Shown: positions 7,237-17,830, counted from the stretch's first letter. The stretch: 64,000 bases of DNA from Bordetella parapertussis (GCA_945900965.1 CAMDKM010000003.1:7639-71638); one strand, 5' to 3'. The notes: generated by a model from the sequence alone, not told the origin. Numbers and translations are program-made.

Positions 7237-8220
7237 TTAAGCGACCGGCTGCCGCAAATGGCACGCCACCCATTGTCCCGGGTAAATCTCTTGTAATGGC
7301 GGCTCCTCGCGCTTGCAGCGCTCCTCGACATAAGGGCAGCGCGTATGAAAGCGACAACCTGATGGCGGATTGATCGGGCTCGGCACATCGCCCGCGAGCA
7401 GGCGTCGCTGCTTGCGCAGCGTCGGATCCGGCACAGGTACGGCTTCCAGGAGCGCCTCGGTATACGGATGCTGGGGACGCGTAAAAATCGCTCGCTTGGG
7501 TGCAATTTCCACGATCTTGCCGAGATACATCACCGCCACGCGATGGCTGATATGCTCGACCACCGCCAGATCATGTGCAATGAACAGGTACGAGAGGCCG
7601 AATTCCGCTTGCAGGTCCATAAGCAGATTGATCACCTGCGCCTGTACCGACACATCGAGTGCCGACACCGGTTCGTCGCACACGATCAGCCGGGGCTGCA
7701 CTGATAGCGCCCGTGCGATGCCGAGGCGCTGGCGCTGACCGCCCGAAAATTCGTACGGATATTTCTCCATCTGATCGGCCCGCAGGCCCACGCGCTCGAA
7801 TAAGCGCGCCGCGCGCAAATTCACCTCGGCTGAGGAGAGCGACTCGTAATTGCGGATCGGCTCGGCCACGATGTCTGCGGCGCGCATGCGCGGGTTGAGC
7901 GACGAGTAGGGGTCCTGGAATACCGCCTGCAGCTCGCGCCGCACTGGTCGCATAGCGGCGCGCTTGAGCCGATCGATGCGCCGCCCGCGCCACAGAACCT
8001 CACCCTCGGTCGGATCCTGCAGCCGCAAGATCAGCTTGCCAGTCGTGGACTTTCCACAGCCGGATTCGCCGACCAGACCCAGCGTTTCGCCGGCATTGAT
8101 CTGAAAACTCACGCCGTCGACGGCGTGAACTTTGGCGCCGCGTGCGAGCCATCCGGTCTTTGCCGGAAAAAACTTGCGCAGCTCCCGAACTTCGAGCAAA
8201 ACCTCGCCTGAGGCCGTCAT
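7237..8220 (-). CDS. Peptide/nickel-type ABC transporter ATP-binding protein (DppF/OppF-like)
   Basis: Walker [10 protein letters not shown], signature FSGGQRQR, Walker B LIVCDEP, and the C-terminal oligopeptide-type extension. The likely start [11 protein letters not shown] at 8220 forms an ATGA overlap with the upstream gene. Confidence 0.9.
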   Translation of the reverse strand: MTASGEVLLEVRELRKFFPAKTGWLARGAKVHAVDGVSFQINAGETLGLVGESGCGKSTTGKLILRLQDPTEGEVLWRGRRIDRLKRAAMRPVRRELQAVFQDPYSSLNPRMRAADIVAEPIRNYESLSSAEVNLRAARLFERVGLRADQMEKYPYEFSGGQRQRLGIARALSVQPRLIVCDEPVSALDVSVQAQVINLLMDLQAEFGLSYLFIAHDLAVVEHISHRVAVMYLGKIVEIAPKRAIFTRPQHPYTEALLEAVPVPDPTLRKQRRLLAGDVPSPINPPSGCRFHTRCPYVEERCKREEPPLQEIYPGQWVACHLRQPVA

Positions 8221-9200
8221 GGGACGGGGTTCCAGCAGGCCGCCCAATGGTCCGGACCGTGAGTCGTTAGCCGCGGCACTTCCTGCAAACAACGCTCAGT
8301 TGCATTCGGGCAGCGCGGGGCGAAAAGACAGCCTGGCGGCGCGTCCTTCAGCGACGGCACCATCCCGGTAATTTCAACTAGACGTTTGCCGCCCTCCGCG
8401 CGTACCGAATCGCCAAGTCGCGGCATGGACCCCAGCAGGCCGCGGGTGTAGGGGTGGCGCGGCCGCGCAAAAAGCGTTTCGACCGGCGCCTCCTCCACTT
8501 TGCGCCCCGCATACATCACCACAACGCGCTGCGCCATCTCGGCCACGACGCCGAGATCGTGCGTGATCAGAATGATCGCCGCGCCGGTCGCGCGCGCTAG
8601 CTCGCGCATCAGATCCAGGATCTGGGCCTGTATCGTGACATCGAGCGCCGTGGTAGGTTCGTCGGCAATCAGCAGACGCGGACCGCAGGCCAGAGCCATG
8701 GCGATCATTACGCGCTGTCGCATGCCGCCCGAGAGCTCGTGCGGATATTGGCGCACGCGCCGCTCGGGTTCGGGCATGTGTACCCTGCGCAGCATCTCGA
8801 CGGCTTTGGCCATGGCAACGCGTTGCGAGAGGCCGCGGTGCAGAACCAGACCTTCGGCGATCTGCCGGCCAACTGTCAGCGCGGGATTGAGCGAAGTCAT
8901 TGGCTCCTGAAAGATCATCGAGATGGCATCGCCACGCACCGCCCGCATTTCCTCTTCCGTCAGCGCCAGCAAATCGCGACCTTCGAAAAGCACGCGCCCG
9001 GCGACGATGCGGCCAGGCGGCGAGGCGATGAGCCGCAGGATGGAAAGCGAGGTGACGCTCTTGCCGCATCCCGACTCGCCCACCACCGCGAGCGTCTCGC
9101 CCGGCGCGACCGCGAACGACACGCCGTCCACCGCGCGCACGACGCCGTCGCGCGTTAAGAAGTGGGTCTGTAACCCCTCGATTTCGAGCAGCGCGGCCAC
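8217..9200 (-). CDS. Peptide/nickel-type ABC transporter ATP-binding protein (DppD/OppD-like)
   Basis: [29 protein letters not shown]. The likely start is GTG at 9200 ([10 protein letters not shown]), 4 nt after the permease stop. The ORF is open up to 9254. Confidence 0.88.
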   Translation of the reverse strand: MAALLEIEGLQTHFLTRDGVVRAVDGVSFAVAPGETLAVVGESGCGKSVTSLSILRLIASPPGRIVAGRVLFEGRDLLALTEEEMRAVRGDAISMIFQEPMTSLNPALTVGRQIAEGLVLHRGLSQRVAMAKAVEMLRRVHMPEPERRVRQYPHELSGGMRQRVMIAMALACGPRLLIADEPTTALDVTIQAQILDLMRELARATGAAIILITHDLGVVAEMAQRVVVMYAGRKVEEAPVETLFARPRHPYTRGLLGSMPRLGDSVRAEGGKRLVEITGMVPSLKDAPPGCLFAPRCPNATERCLQEVPRLTTHGPDHWAACWNPVP

Positions 9201-9204
9201 GATG

Positions 9205-10083
9205 CTACATCCGCCGCGCGAGGCGCGGATCGAGCGCGTCGCGCAGGCCGTCACCGAGAAGATTCACCGCCAGCACGGTCAGTGACAGGAAAATGCCGGG
9301 GAACAGAATCAGGTAGCCGGCAATCTGGAAAAGACTTCTGGCCTCGGCCATGATGTTGCCCCAGCTCGGAATGTTCGGCGGAGTGCCGGCGCCGATAAAC
9401 GAGAGAATGGCTTCGGTGATCATTGCCGAAGCGCAGATATAAGTGCCCTGCACCAGTAGCGGTGCCACCGTGTTGGGCAGAATATGGCGTAACAAAATGA
9501 GCGGTAGATTCGTACCCGCGGCGATCGCGGCTTCCACGTACGGCTGCTCGCGCAAACTCAGCACCAGGCTGCGAACCAGCCGAACGACCCGTGGCACTTC
9601 CGCGAGCGTGATGGCAAAAATGACATTGCCGACACTGGCTTTCGTCAAGGCCATCAGCGCGATGGCAAGCAGCACCGAGGGGATCGACATCAGGCCGTCC
9701 ATCACGCGCATGACAATGGCGTCGAGCCAGCGAATAAACCCTGTGACCAATCCGATCGTCATTCCCACGATAATCGATAACACCGCGACGGTGATCCCAA
9801 TGGTCAGCGAGATGCGCGAACCGTAGATAACCCGGCTGTAGACGTCGCGCCCCAGCATGTCCGTGCCGAACCAGAATTCGCCCGAGGGTGATTTGAGACG
9901 ATTCACCGGCGCCAGTGCCTGCGGGTCCACCGTGCCCAGAAAAGGTGCCAGCAGCGCGCTCAGACACATGAGGGCCAGCACCACCCCGCCGACGATGGCG
10001 GTTGGATGCCGGCGGATCGCCTCACGCAACCAAAGCCAGGTTGGCGAGACGGACTTCGGCGCGACGAGAACGGCGCTGGCCAT
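9205..10083 (-). CDS. ABC transporter permease (DppC/OppC-like)
   Basis: Multi-TM protein with a BPD-transporter EAA-like loop (EAAIAAGTN), in an operon with the ATPases. Confidence 0.88.
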   Translation of the reverse strand: MASAVLVAPKSVSPTWLWLREAIRRHPTAIVGGVVLALMCLSALLAPFLGTVDPQALAPVNRLKSPSGEFWFGTDMLGRDVYSRVIYGSRISLTIGITVAVLSIIVGMTIGLVTGFIRWLDAIVMRVMDGLMSIPSVLLAIALMALTKASVGNVIFAITLAEVPRVVRLVRSLVLSLREQPYVEAAIAAGTNLPLILLRHILPNTVAPLLVQGTYICASAMITEAILSFIGAGTPPNIPSWGNIMAEARSLFQIAGYLILFPGIFLSLTVLAVNLLGDGLRDALDPRLARRM

Positions 10084-10084
10084 T

Positions 10085-11026
10085 TCAGTAGCGGATGCGC
10101 GGGTCGAACAGCCGGTAAGAAAGATCGACCAGCAGGTTGATCAACACGTACACCCCGGAAAACAGCAGGATGACGCCCTGAATGATGGGGTAGTCGCGCC
10201 GCAATATCGCATCGACTGTCAGTCTGCCGATGCCCGGAATCGCGAACACCGTCTCAGTGACGATCGCTCCGCTGATCAGCAAAGCGATGCCGATGCCGAT
10301 CACCGTCATGATGGGGACGCCGGCATTCTTGAGCGCGTGGCGCGTGAGTACCACACGCGGGGCGAGTCCTTTTGCGTTCGCAGTGCGGATGTAATCCTGC
10401 GCCAGCACGTCGAGCATGGCCGCGCGTGTGATTCTTGCGATGAACGCCATGTAAACCGTGCCCAGCGCAATGCTGGGCAGAATCAGATGCGATAGCCAGG
10501 GCCAGAGGCCTTCGCCGAGCGATCGATAACCCTGTACCGGCAGCCATTCGAGTTGGATCGAAAACAGGCCGATCAGCAAATAGGCCAGCACAAACACCGG
10601 CACTGAAAACGCAAGGACCGAGAAGCCCATGACCAGCCGATCGGCCCAGGTGCCGGCCTTCGCGGCGGCGACAACTCCTAACGGCACCGCGGTCAGCACC
10701 GCAAAAAGTAACGTCAACAGCGTTAGCGACACGGTCGGCTGCACCCGCTGGCCGATGAGCGTGGTGACTGGAAGATTGGTGAAGATCGAGGTGCCCAGAT
10801 CGCCGTGCAGCAGTCGGCCAACCCAGCCGCCGAACTGCACCAGAAACGGCTCGTCAAGACCCAGCTTGGCGCGGATGTGCCGGATGTCATCCGCGGTCGC
10901 CACGTCCCCGGCGATGACCGCGGCCGGATCACCCGGGGTCAGAAACAGCAGAGAAAAAACGAACAGCGCAACGACCCCCATCACGACCACGGTCGCACCG
11001 AGCCGGCGTACAACGTAGACAATCAT
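10085..11026 (-). CDS. ABC transporter permease (DppB/OppB-like)
   Basis: The N-terminus MIVYVVRRLGATVVVMGVVALFVFSLLFLTPGDPA is typical of DppB-family permeases. Confidence 0.88.
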   Translation of the reverse strand: MIVYVVRRLGATVVVMGVVALFVFSLLFLTPGDPAAVIAGDVATADDIRHIRAKLGLDEPFLVQFGGWVGRLLHGDLGTSIFTNLPVTTLIGQRVQPTVSLTLLTLLFAVLTAVPLGVVAAAKAGTWADRLVMGFSVLAFSVPVFVLAYLLIGLFSIQLEWLPVQGYRSLGEGLWPWLSHLILPSIALGTVYMAFIARITRAAMLDVLAQDYIRTANAKGLAPRVVLTRHALKNAGVPIMTVIGIGIALLISGAIVTETVFAIPGIGRLTVDAILRRDYPIIQGVILLFSGVYVLINLLVDLSYRLFDPRIRY

Positions 11027-11051
11027 GTGACGATCCTGGCGGGCGGCGCCC

Positions 11052-12626
11052 TCACTTCTTCTCGACGTTCCAGAGGAAGGTCACCGGTGCGATGATCATG
11101 CCGGATAGATTCGATCGGTAGGCCGTGGGCAGGATGAACTGCGCTGTGGTGATATACGGCACGAAGCGGAAGGCTTCGCGCTGAACGGCGTCGGCGGCTC
11201 TTTTGCCCGACGCGGAGTCGGTCGTGTTGAACCAGGCCTGGCGCAGCTCTTCAAGCTTCGGGTCGGCGGGCCAGCCGATCCAGGACTTCTCGCCCAGGGT
11301 GACCATCGCCATGCTGGCTGGCGAAATCATGTCGGGCCCGACCCACCAGGTGTGGAAGATGGACCACCCGCCTTTCTCGACCGGTTCCTTGGACGTGCGC
11401 CGGGTGATAAGCGTTCCCCAGTCGCCTGCCTGCAACTCCACGTTGAGACCCAATTTGCGCAACAGATCGGTCGTGATGAGCGACTGCGAATGCACGATGG
11501 GCTGGTCGGTTGCCGAAATAATGACGATCTTTTCGCCCTTGTAACCGGATTCCTGAATCAGCTTCTTGGCTTTGTCGACGTCGCGGCTACCCTTCAGCGG
11601 CTCGGCGCCGACTTCGGAAGACAATGGCGTCCCGCAGGTGAAAAACGAATAACAGGGGTGAGCACTTTTTTCGCTGCCCCCGATGCCTAATACATAATCC
11701 TGCTGATTGACGCCGTAGAGCAGCGCCTGGCGCAGTTTCTGGTTGTTGAACGGCGGCTGGAGGAAATTGAAGCGGATCATGCCGAGCGAGCCGAGCGGAT
11801 CGATGTTCTCGACGCGGATGTCTTTGTTCTTGCGCAGCAGCGGAATCAGATCGGGCGGCAACTGCTCCCACCAGTCGGCCTCGCCCGCACCGAGTGCCGC
11901 GGCAGCGGTGGCCGAATCCGGGATATACATCCATTCGACACGATTCACCTTGACCACTTTGCCGCCGGCCGCCCAGGACGGCGCCTCCTTGCGCGGTATG
12001 TAATCGGTGTTCTTGACATAAACGACTTTGTTGCCGGGTACCCATTCCTCTTTCACGAACTTGAATGGGCCCGAGCCGATGACTTCGGTGATGTTCTGGA
12101 ACGCGTCGGCCTTTGCAATCCGCTCGGGCATGATGAAGGGCACGTTCGACGAAAGCTTCCCGAGTGCGTCGAGCGTGAGCGGAAACGGTTTTTTGAGTTT
12201 GAGCTTGAATGTCTTGTCGTTCACCGCCGTCCATGTATCGGTTGCCTCGGCGAGCTTCTGGCCAAGTGCATCGCGCTTGCCCCAGCGCTCCAGCGACGCG
12301 ATGCAGTCGGCAGAGCGCACTGGCTGACCATCGTGGAACTTTAGCCCGTCGCGGAGTGTAAATGTGTAGCTGCGTTTGTCCTTCGAGATTTCCCACTTGT
12401 CGACCATCTGCGGCTGAACTTGAAACTTGGCGTCGGTGGCAAACAGGGTGTCGTACACCATGTAACCGTGGTTACGGGTGATATATGCCGTGGTCGTGAT
12501 CGGATCCAGAATACGCAGATCGGCCTGCGCGATGAATTTCAGGACTTTATCTTGCGCCGACGCCGTACCTGCCGCCAACGCAACAACCAGCATGAACGCC
12601 CGAACCGTATTTGAAACGACATTCAT
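11052..12626 (-). CDS. ABC transporter substrate-binding protein, family 5 (peptide/nickel type)
   Basis: 524 aa with a signal peptide (VVALAAGTASAQD). Length and motifs fit the SBP_bac_5 family. It is the first gene of the five-gene importer operon. Confidence 0.88.
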   Translation of the reverse strand: MNVVSNTVRAFMLVVALAAGTASAQDKVLKFIAQADLRILDPITTTAYITRNHGYMVYDTLFATDAKFQVQPQMVDKWEISKDKRSYTFTLRDGLKFHDGQPVRSADCIASLERWGKRDALGQKLAEATDTWTAVNDKTFKLKLKKPFPLTLDALGKLSSNVPFIMPERIAKADAFQNITEVIGSGPFKFVKEEWVPGNKVVYVKNTDYIPRKEAPSWAAGGKVVKVNRVEWMYIPDSATAAAALGAGEADWWEQLPPDLIPLLRKNKDIRVENIDPLGSLGMIRFNFLQPPFNNQKLRQALLYGVNQQDYVLGIGGSEKSAHPCYSFFTCGTPLSSEVGAEPLKGSRDVDKAKKLIQESGYKGEKIVIISATDQPIVHSQSLITTDLLRKLGLNVELQAGDWGTLITRRTSKEPVEKGGWSIFHTWWVGPDMISPASMAMVTLGEKSWIGWPADPKLEELRQAWFNTTDSASGKRAADAVQREAFRFVPYITTAQFILPTAYRSNLSGMIIAPVTFLWNVEKK

Positions 12627-12915
12627 GGTGAATTCCCTAATGTGAATTATCCAGCAAGTTGCGTGAGTTCCATCTTAAATCCTGACGCCATTGGATGTAT
12701 AGGCTGGAACGCAGAATCCGGGCGGACTAACTTGGTCATGTTCCCGCGGTTCTTAAGAGCGCCTGGTCCAGCTTGCGGGTACCATGTCGGGCGCGAACGG
12801 TGCGGCTTTCGTCCATGCGTTAACCGAAGGCTGTGCTGGGTTTGCCAATGGGGAAAGGGTAATCATGCGTCGGATGGTACGGCGTCTTTCGGCCAATGCA
12901 AAGGGGATAAACGAA

Positions 12916-14046
12916 ATGCTGGCGCAGCTAAACGCCATTGAACTGACCAAACAGCTTGTGCGCATGAATACCATCAATCCGCCGGGCCAGGAAGAATCCT
13001 GCGCGCGGCATCTTGGCGCAATGCTGGAAAATGCCGGGTTCAAAATCAACTATCACGCCTTCTCACCCCAGCGCGTGAGCCTGGTGGCGACGATCGGCGG
13101 TACCGCCGACAAAGCCCCGCTGTGTTTTACCGGTCATATCGATACGGTGCCGCTCGGCGCGGCGCGCTGGAAGATGGATCCGTTCGCGGCCGACACTGAT
13201 GCCGGAAAACTGTTCGGGCGCGGTACCAGCGACATGAAAAGCGGTGTGGCGGCTTTTGTAGTGGCGGCACTGGAATTGTCCGGCAAGTTGAGAAACTCTC
13301 CCGGCCTCGAACTGGTGATCACCGCAGGCGAGGAAACCGGTTGCCAGGGCGCTTTCCACTTGTTGAAAAAAGGCAGCGCATTGGGCCGCGCGGGTGCGGT
13401 AGTGGTGGCCGAACCCACGGGAAACTACCCCTTTGTCGGCCATAAGGGCGCCTTCTGGTTGAATGCCCGGACCCGTGGTGTCACGGCGCATGGTTCGATG
13501 CCGGAAAAAGGCGTAAACGCCGTATTCAAGGCGGCACATGCACTGGGTGTGCTGGAGAAATTCCGCTTTTCCAATCCGCCGCATGCGTTGATGGGCCAGG
13601 CAACGCTGAATCTGGGCACCATCCGCGGTGGACTCAACATCAACTCGGTGCCCGATGAGGCCGTGATGGGCATCGACATTCGCACGGTGCCCACGGTCAA
13701 TCATGCCCTATTGCGCGCAGAGTTACAGAAGCAGCTTGGCGGCGAAGTGGAACTGGAAACCTTGCTCGATATCGAAGCGGTTTTCACCGAGCCCGGGCAT
13801 GCCTGGGTGCAGGAAATTTATGACGTCTTGCAGCCTGTCCTGGGCGAGCGGCCGCAACCGCGGGTGGCTACGTACTTCACCGACGCCGCAGCGCTGAAGG
13901 AAGCCTACAACAGCCCACCCACCGTCATACTTGGTCCGGGCGAGGCGCATATGGCGCATCAGACCGACGAGTATTGCGTCGTCTCGCGAATCGAGGAAGC
14001 CGTCGTCGTTTATCAAAGCCTGATCCGTCGCTGGTGTGACGTGTGA
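12916..14046 (+). CDS. M20-family metallopeptidase (ArgE/DapE/ACY1/CPG2 family)
   Basis: MLAQLNAIELTKQLVRMNTINPPGQEE, GHIDTVP, GRGTSDMKSG, AGEETG. ATG 12916 is preceded by AAGGGGA. The ORF is open from 12784. Confidence 0.85.
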   Translation: MLAQLNAIELTKQLVRMNTINPPGQEESCARHLGAMLENAGFKINYHAFSPQRVSLVATIGGTADKAPLCFTGHIDTVPLGAARWKMDPFAADTDAGKLFGRGTSDMKSGVAAFVVAALELSGKLRNSPGLELVITAGEETGCQGAFHLLKKGSALGRAGAVVVAEPTGNYPFVGHKGAFWLNARTRGVTAHGSMPEKGVNAVFKAAHALGVLEKFRFSNPPHALMGQATLNLGTIRGGLNINSVPDEAVMGIDIRTVPTVNHALLRAELQKQLGGEVELETLLDIEAVFTEPGHAWVQEIYDVLQPVLGERPQPRVATYFTDAAALKEAYNSPPTVILGPGEAHMAHQTDEYCVVSRIEEAVVVYQSLIRRWCDV

Positions 14047-15307
14047 GCAAGGGATGCATCCGGTGATGGCTTTTTCAGATTGCAGCGCCATACAACGCAT
14101 AGCCGAATTGCTCGACGCCGGCCATTCGGCGTCGAGCCTCAGCATCGGCAGTGCAGTGCTGGCCGTGGGCACCATCGGCGGCCATGCGGTATCGATCGCC
14201 GCGACCAATAGAGAAATTGCCGGGGGATCGATCGGCGTGAACGAATCCCGGGCATTGCTGGATTTTCTGGCGGAGAGTCGCGCCGCACGGCGACCGGTCA
14301 TTTTGTGCCTTGACTCCGCCGGGGCAAAGCTAAGCGAAGGTCTGCCGGCATTGGGAGGATTTCGGCAACTGTATCGGCATTTTCTCGATCTGCGTCTGGC
14401 CGGGAATCCGGTGCTGGCGCTGATCGGCCGCGATTGTTTTGGTGGTGCCTCCATGCTGGCATCGGCTTGCAGCCGGCGAATCTACAATGCAAATTCGCGT
14501 TCTGCCATGTCAGGACCGGCCGTGATGCACGCCCTGGGGGTGGATGGCGAACTCGGCGTCGAGGCGGTTCAATCGCTGATGGGCGGGCAAACACGTGCCG
14601 GCGTGAATAAGGGCGATGCCATGTGTATCGATACGCTGGAAGACTATCGGCAGGCCGCACGCAACTGGCTGGAAACCTGGCCGCCGCAGGATTTCCCCGA
14701 TATTCGGCAACGGCACAACGAGTTGGGCATGCGGCTTCTTGCCCATGGGCAAACACCGGGCGCGGCCGCCGAGCCGCCGCGTGAACTTTCTTCCATCCTG
14801 GCGGAAATCATCCCGTCGACTTTGCAGATTCGGAATCTGGACGGCGTATTCGTGGCCCGCCCGGAAAAAACCGCTCCGGGAATTTATCTGGGCTTTCTCC
14901 ACGGCAATGCGGTCGGTGCGACGGCTGCGTGGACCATGGCAGGCGAATGCCTGGCGTTTGCCTCTTCGCATCCCTCGGACGCGGTAACGGTATTCCTGGA
15001 TTCTCCGGGGCATTCGACAGCCGTCGCCGACGAGCGTGTCGGTCTCTCCGACTATATTGCCCATCTGGCGCTGGTGCTATCGCAGCTTCGCCAACGAGGG
15101 CAAAGAGTCTCTCTCCAGGTGGCAGGGGAGGCGGCTGGTGGTATCTATGTCGCATTGGCCGCGCCTGCACAAAGGGTCGTGGCCTTGCCCGGGTGTAATG
15201 TACAAATGTTGCCGCCGGCGGCCATGGCTCGCATCATCGGCCGATCAGGCGCCAAGGCGGACGTGGAGGATTTTCTTCGTGCAGGTGTGGTCGACACATT
15301 GATTTGA
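14036..15307 (+). CDS. Fused MdcD-like (beta) and MdcE-like (gamma) carboxyltransferase, of the kind found in biotin-independent malonate decarboxylase
   Basis: The N-terminal half has GGSIG, LDSAGAKLSEGLPALG, CFGGASMLASACS and SGPAVM, the MdcD pattern. The C-terminal half has a VFLDSPGH..ADERVGLS..AGEAAGGIYVALA pattern like MdcE. Start is GTG 14036 (overlapping the upstream stop) or ATG 14054. Confidence 0.6.
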   Translation: MTCEQGMHPVMAFSDCSAIQRIAELLDAGHSASSLSIGSAVLAVGTIGGHAVSIAATNREIAGGSIGVNESRALLDFLAESRAARRPVILCLDSAGAKLSEGLPALGGFRQLYRHFLDLRLAGNPVLALIGRDCFGGASMLASACSRRIYNANSRSAMSGPAVMHALGVDGELGVEAVQSLMGGQTRAGVNKGDAMCIDTLEDYRQAARNWLETWPPQDFPDIRQRHNELGMRLLAHGQTPGAAAEPPRELSSILAEIIPSTLQIRNLDGVFVARPEKTAPGIYLGFLHGNAVGATAAWTMAGECLAFASSHPSDAVTVFLDSPGHSTAVADERVGLSDYIAHLALVLSQLRQRGQRVSLQVAGEAAGGIYVALAAPAQRVVALPGCNVQMLPPAAMARIIGRSGAKADVEDFLRAGVVDTLI

Positions 15308-15316
15308 GAATTTATC

Positions 15317-16813
15317 TTGAACGCCAATTTTTACGCAGCCGTCGAAGCGGCAAATCGTGATCGAAGTGACAAAGCCTGCCTGGAAACCGACCAAGGGAGA
15401 GTTTATTGCTTCGCGGAGGTATTTCGAGAAGCAGGACGATTCGCGCGATTTTTGACCGACCTGGGTCTGGTCCGTGGCGATCGGGTGGCCGTTCAGGTCG
15501 ATAAATCCCCGGTGGGGTTTTTCCTTTATCTCGGATGTTTGCGTGCGGGCTTGGTCTATCTGCCGCTTAATACGGCTTACCAACGCGCCGAGATCGGGTA
15601 TTTTCTGGAGGACGCGGAACCGGCCGTCATCGTGTGCCGGCCATCGACGCAGGAAATGATTTCCGAACTTGCCGCGGGCCGGGCAAAGGTGTTTACGCTT
15701 GATGGGCAAGGTGCCGGCACCTTGGCCGAGGCGTCATCCAACGCCGGGACGGATTACGCAACGATCGAATCCGCACCTGACGATCTGGCGGTCATTATCT
15801 ACACCTCCGGCACCACGGGCCGCTCCAAAGGTGCGATGGTTACCCATCGTAATCTGCTGACCAATGCCCGCGCGCTCATCGAAACGTGGCAATTTTCCGA
15901 GCGTGATGTATTGCTGCATGCGCTGCCGGTTTTTCATGTGCACGGCCTGTTTGTCGCCAATCACTGCGCGCTGCTGTCGGGGGCCAGGATGCTGTGGCAG
16001 CCCAAATTCGAACCGGCGGCCGTGCTGCGAGCCTTGCCGCGCACAAGTGTCATGATGGGTGTCCCCACTTTTTATAGCCGGCTGCTGACCGAGCCGAGCT
16101 TCGATCAGGCCGCATGCTCCGCAATACGTTTGTTTATTTCCGGTTCCGCGCCTCTCCAGCCGGAAACGTTCAGGGAATTTGCCGAGCGTTGCGGACATAT
16201 CATCCTGGAGCGTTACGGGATGTCCGAAGCCGGCATGATTACTTCCAATCCCCTGAATGGCGAGCGGCGTAGCGGATCGGTTGGCTTTCCGCTGGCTGGG
16301 GTTGCAGTACGAGTGGCGGATGAAACCGACCGCGCGTTGCCCCCGGGCGCGACGGGAGGAATCCAGGTCAAAGGCGATAACGTTTTTGCAGGTTATTGGC
16401 ATAAACCGGAAAAAACCCGCGAAGAATTTAGCGCCGACGGCTGGTTTCGAACTGGAGACATGGGTGTGGTGGACAAAGATGGTTACCTGGCGATTGTCGG
16501 TCGCGCCAAGGACCTTGTGATCAGCGGCGGTTATAACGTGTATCCCCGGGAAATCGAGCTGGCCCTGGATGCCATGCCCGGGGTGATTGAATCCGCGGTG
16601 ATCGGCCTACCGGACCCGGACTTCGGCGAAGCGGTTACCGCGATCGTGGTGATGAGCAGCACTGCCACCTTCGATCCCCAGACAATGATCCGTGAACTGA
16701 AGAACAACATAGCCAACTACAAAATCCCGAAACACATTCATCGGGTGGAAGAGTTGCCCCGCAATGCCATGGGCAAAGTGCAGAAGGCCGCATTACGCGA
16801 ACGTTTTCGCTAG
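15317..16813 (+). CDS. matB: Malonyl-CoA synthetase (malonate--CoA ligase), adenylate-forming enzyme
   Basis: TTG start. VAVQVDKSPVGFFLYLGCLRAGLVYLPLNTAYQRAEIGYFLEDAEP closely parallels rhizobial MatB. AMP-binding motif IIYTSGTTGRSKG. Confidence 0.8.
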   Translation: MNANFYAAVEAANRDRSDKACLETDQGRVYCFAEVFREAGRFARFLTDLGLVRGDRVAVQVDKSPVGFFLYLGCLRAGLVYLPLNTAYQRAEIGYFLEDAEPAVIVCRPSTQEMISELAAGRAKVFTLDGQGAGTLAEASSNAGTDYATIESAPDDLAVIIYTSGTTGRSKGAMVTHRNLLTNARALIETWQFSERDVLLHALPVFHVHGLFVANHCALLSGARMLWQPKFEPAAVLRALPRTSVMMGVPTFYSRLLTEPSFDQAACSAIRLFISGSAPLQPETFREFAERCGHIILERYGMSEAGMITSNPLNGERRSGSVGFPLAGVAVRVADETDRALPPGATGGIQVKGDNVFAGYWHKPEKTREEFSADGWFRTGDMGVVDKDGYLAIVGRAKDLVISGGYNVYPREIELALDAMPGVIESAVIGLPDPDFGEAVTAIVVMSSTATFDPQTMIRELKNNIANYKIPKHIHRVEELPRNAMGKVQKAALRERFR

Positions 16814-16825
16814 CGGGGCGCCGGC

Positions 16826-17431
16826 TTGGACTTCCTTGACCGGGTCGTTGCCGAAATCGATGAACACGGGAGGGCAGTCATACCTGCGTTTATCGCCGGT
16901 TCTTTGCTAGAGGCATTGAAATCAGATGTCAGATTACTGGTGCGAAGTGGAGAAATGCGCCCGGCCGCCATCGGCGGTGGCGCAAATCGACAAGTCCACA
17001 GTCATATTCGTGCCGATGAAATTTTTTGGTGGGATCCCGCCGACACAAGCCCGGCGCGCCGGGAATGCCTCGACCGATTCGAGCAACTGCGCCTGGCACT
17101 GAATCTCCATCTGCAACTGGGATTGTGGGATTTCGAGTGCCATTACTCGAGTTATGCGCCGGGCACCTTTTATCGGCGGCACCTCGATCAGATTGCAGGC
17201 GAAACCGCCCGGCGTGTTTCCTGCGTGTTGTACCTCAACAACGCCTGGCAGCCGGCAGACGGCGGCGCGCTGAGGATATTTCTCGCCAAAACGATGGATG
17301 CCCCCTACGAGGACATTTTCCCGGAAGGCGGCAAATTGGTGCTGTTTTCGAGCGATCGGTTTCCCCACGAAGTGCTGTCCTGCGGTCGCGAACGATACAG
17401 CCTTGCAGGCTGGTTCCGTGTTCGCCTTTGA
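16826..17431 (+). CDS. 2OG-Fe(II) oxygenase superfamily protein (prolyl 4-hydroxylase-like)
   Basis: YRRHLDQ (HxD), the VSCVLYLN..W motif, GGALRIF, FPHEV and RYSLAGWF. TTG start. Confidence 0.75.
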   Translation: MDFLDRVVAEIDEHGRAVIPAFIAGSLLEALKSDVRLLVRSGEMRPAAIGGGANRQVHSHIRADEIFWWDPADTSPARRECLDRFEQLRLALNLHLQLGLWDFECHYSSYAPGTFYRRHLDQIAGETARRVSCVLYLNNAWQPADGGALRIFLAKTMDAPYEDIFPEGGKLVLFSSDRFPHEVLSCGRERYSLAGWFRVRL

Positions 17432-17439
17432 ACGAAACA

Positions 17440-17611
17440 GGTTATCGTAAAAACAGCACCACAGAGAGACATCGAGGCACAGAGAAAAACAGATTCTTGC
17501 GTCTATCGGTGCACACACCAAAAAGGTGAGCACTGCTGGCACGACAACCGATTGATATTTTGATCTTCTCCGTGTCTCTGTACCTCTGTGGTGCGATTTT
17601 CAGGATAAACC
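17440..17611. repeat. Foldback MITE-like element, copy B1
   Basis: Terminal motif GGTTATCGTAAAAACAGCA. Arms CCACAGAG..GCACAGAG and CTCCGTGTCTCTGTACCTCTGTGG. Central CACCAAAAAGGTGAG. Right terminus GATTTTCAGGATAAACC. It begins 9 nt after the oxygenase stop. Confidence 0.75.
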
Positions 17612-17619
17612 AGCGTCCA

Positions 17620-17830
17620 TTCCATTAAACCTAAAAACCGCAATTCAGCCACAGAGGTCACAGCAGCTTCGGCCGTAAGTGCTGCGCCTTAATAACACAG
17701 AGAGATTCAAGGGTTTGAGTCCGCCTGCCACACTCACCAAATGGGTGAGCATAAGAAACAACATACGTTCTTGATTTTCCTCTGTGCCCTCTGAGCCCTC
17801 TGTGGCAAATTGCTTTTTCCAGGTTAAATC
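17620..17830. repeat. Foldback MITE-like element, copy B2
   Basis: Left terminus TTAAACCTAAAAACCGCAATTCAGCCACAGAGG. The 32-nt module is inserted in the left arm. The core 17701-17779 is the reverse complement (~80% identical by eye) of the A1 core 6938-7016. Right arm CCTCTGTGCCCTCTGAGCCCTCTGTGGC plus TTGCTTTTTCCAGGTTAAATC, which contains the EVE stop codon. Confidence 0.8.
17659..17690. repeat. 32-nt hairpin module, copy 2
   Basis: Identical to 6890-6921. Confidence 0.8.
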
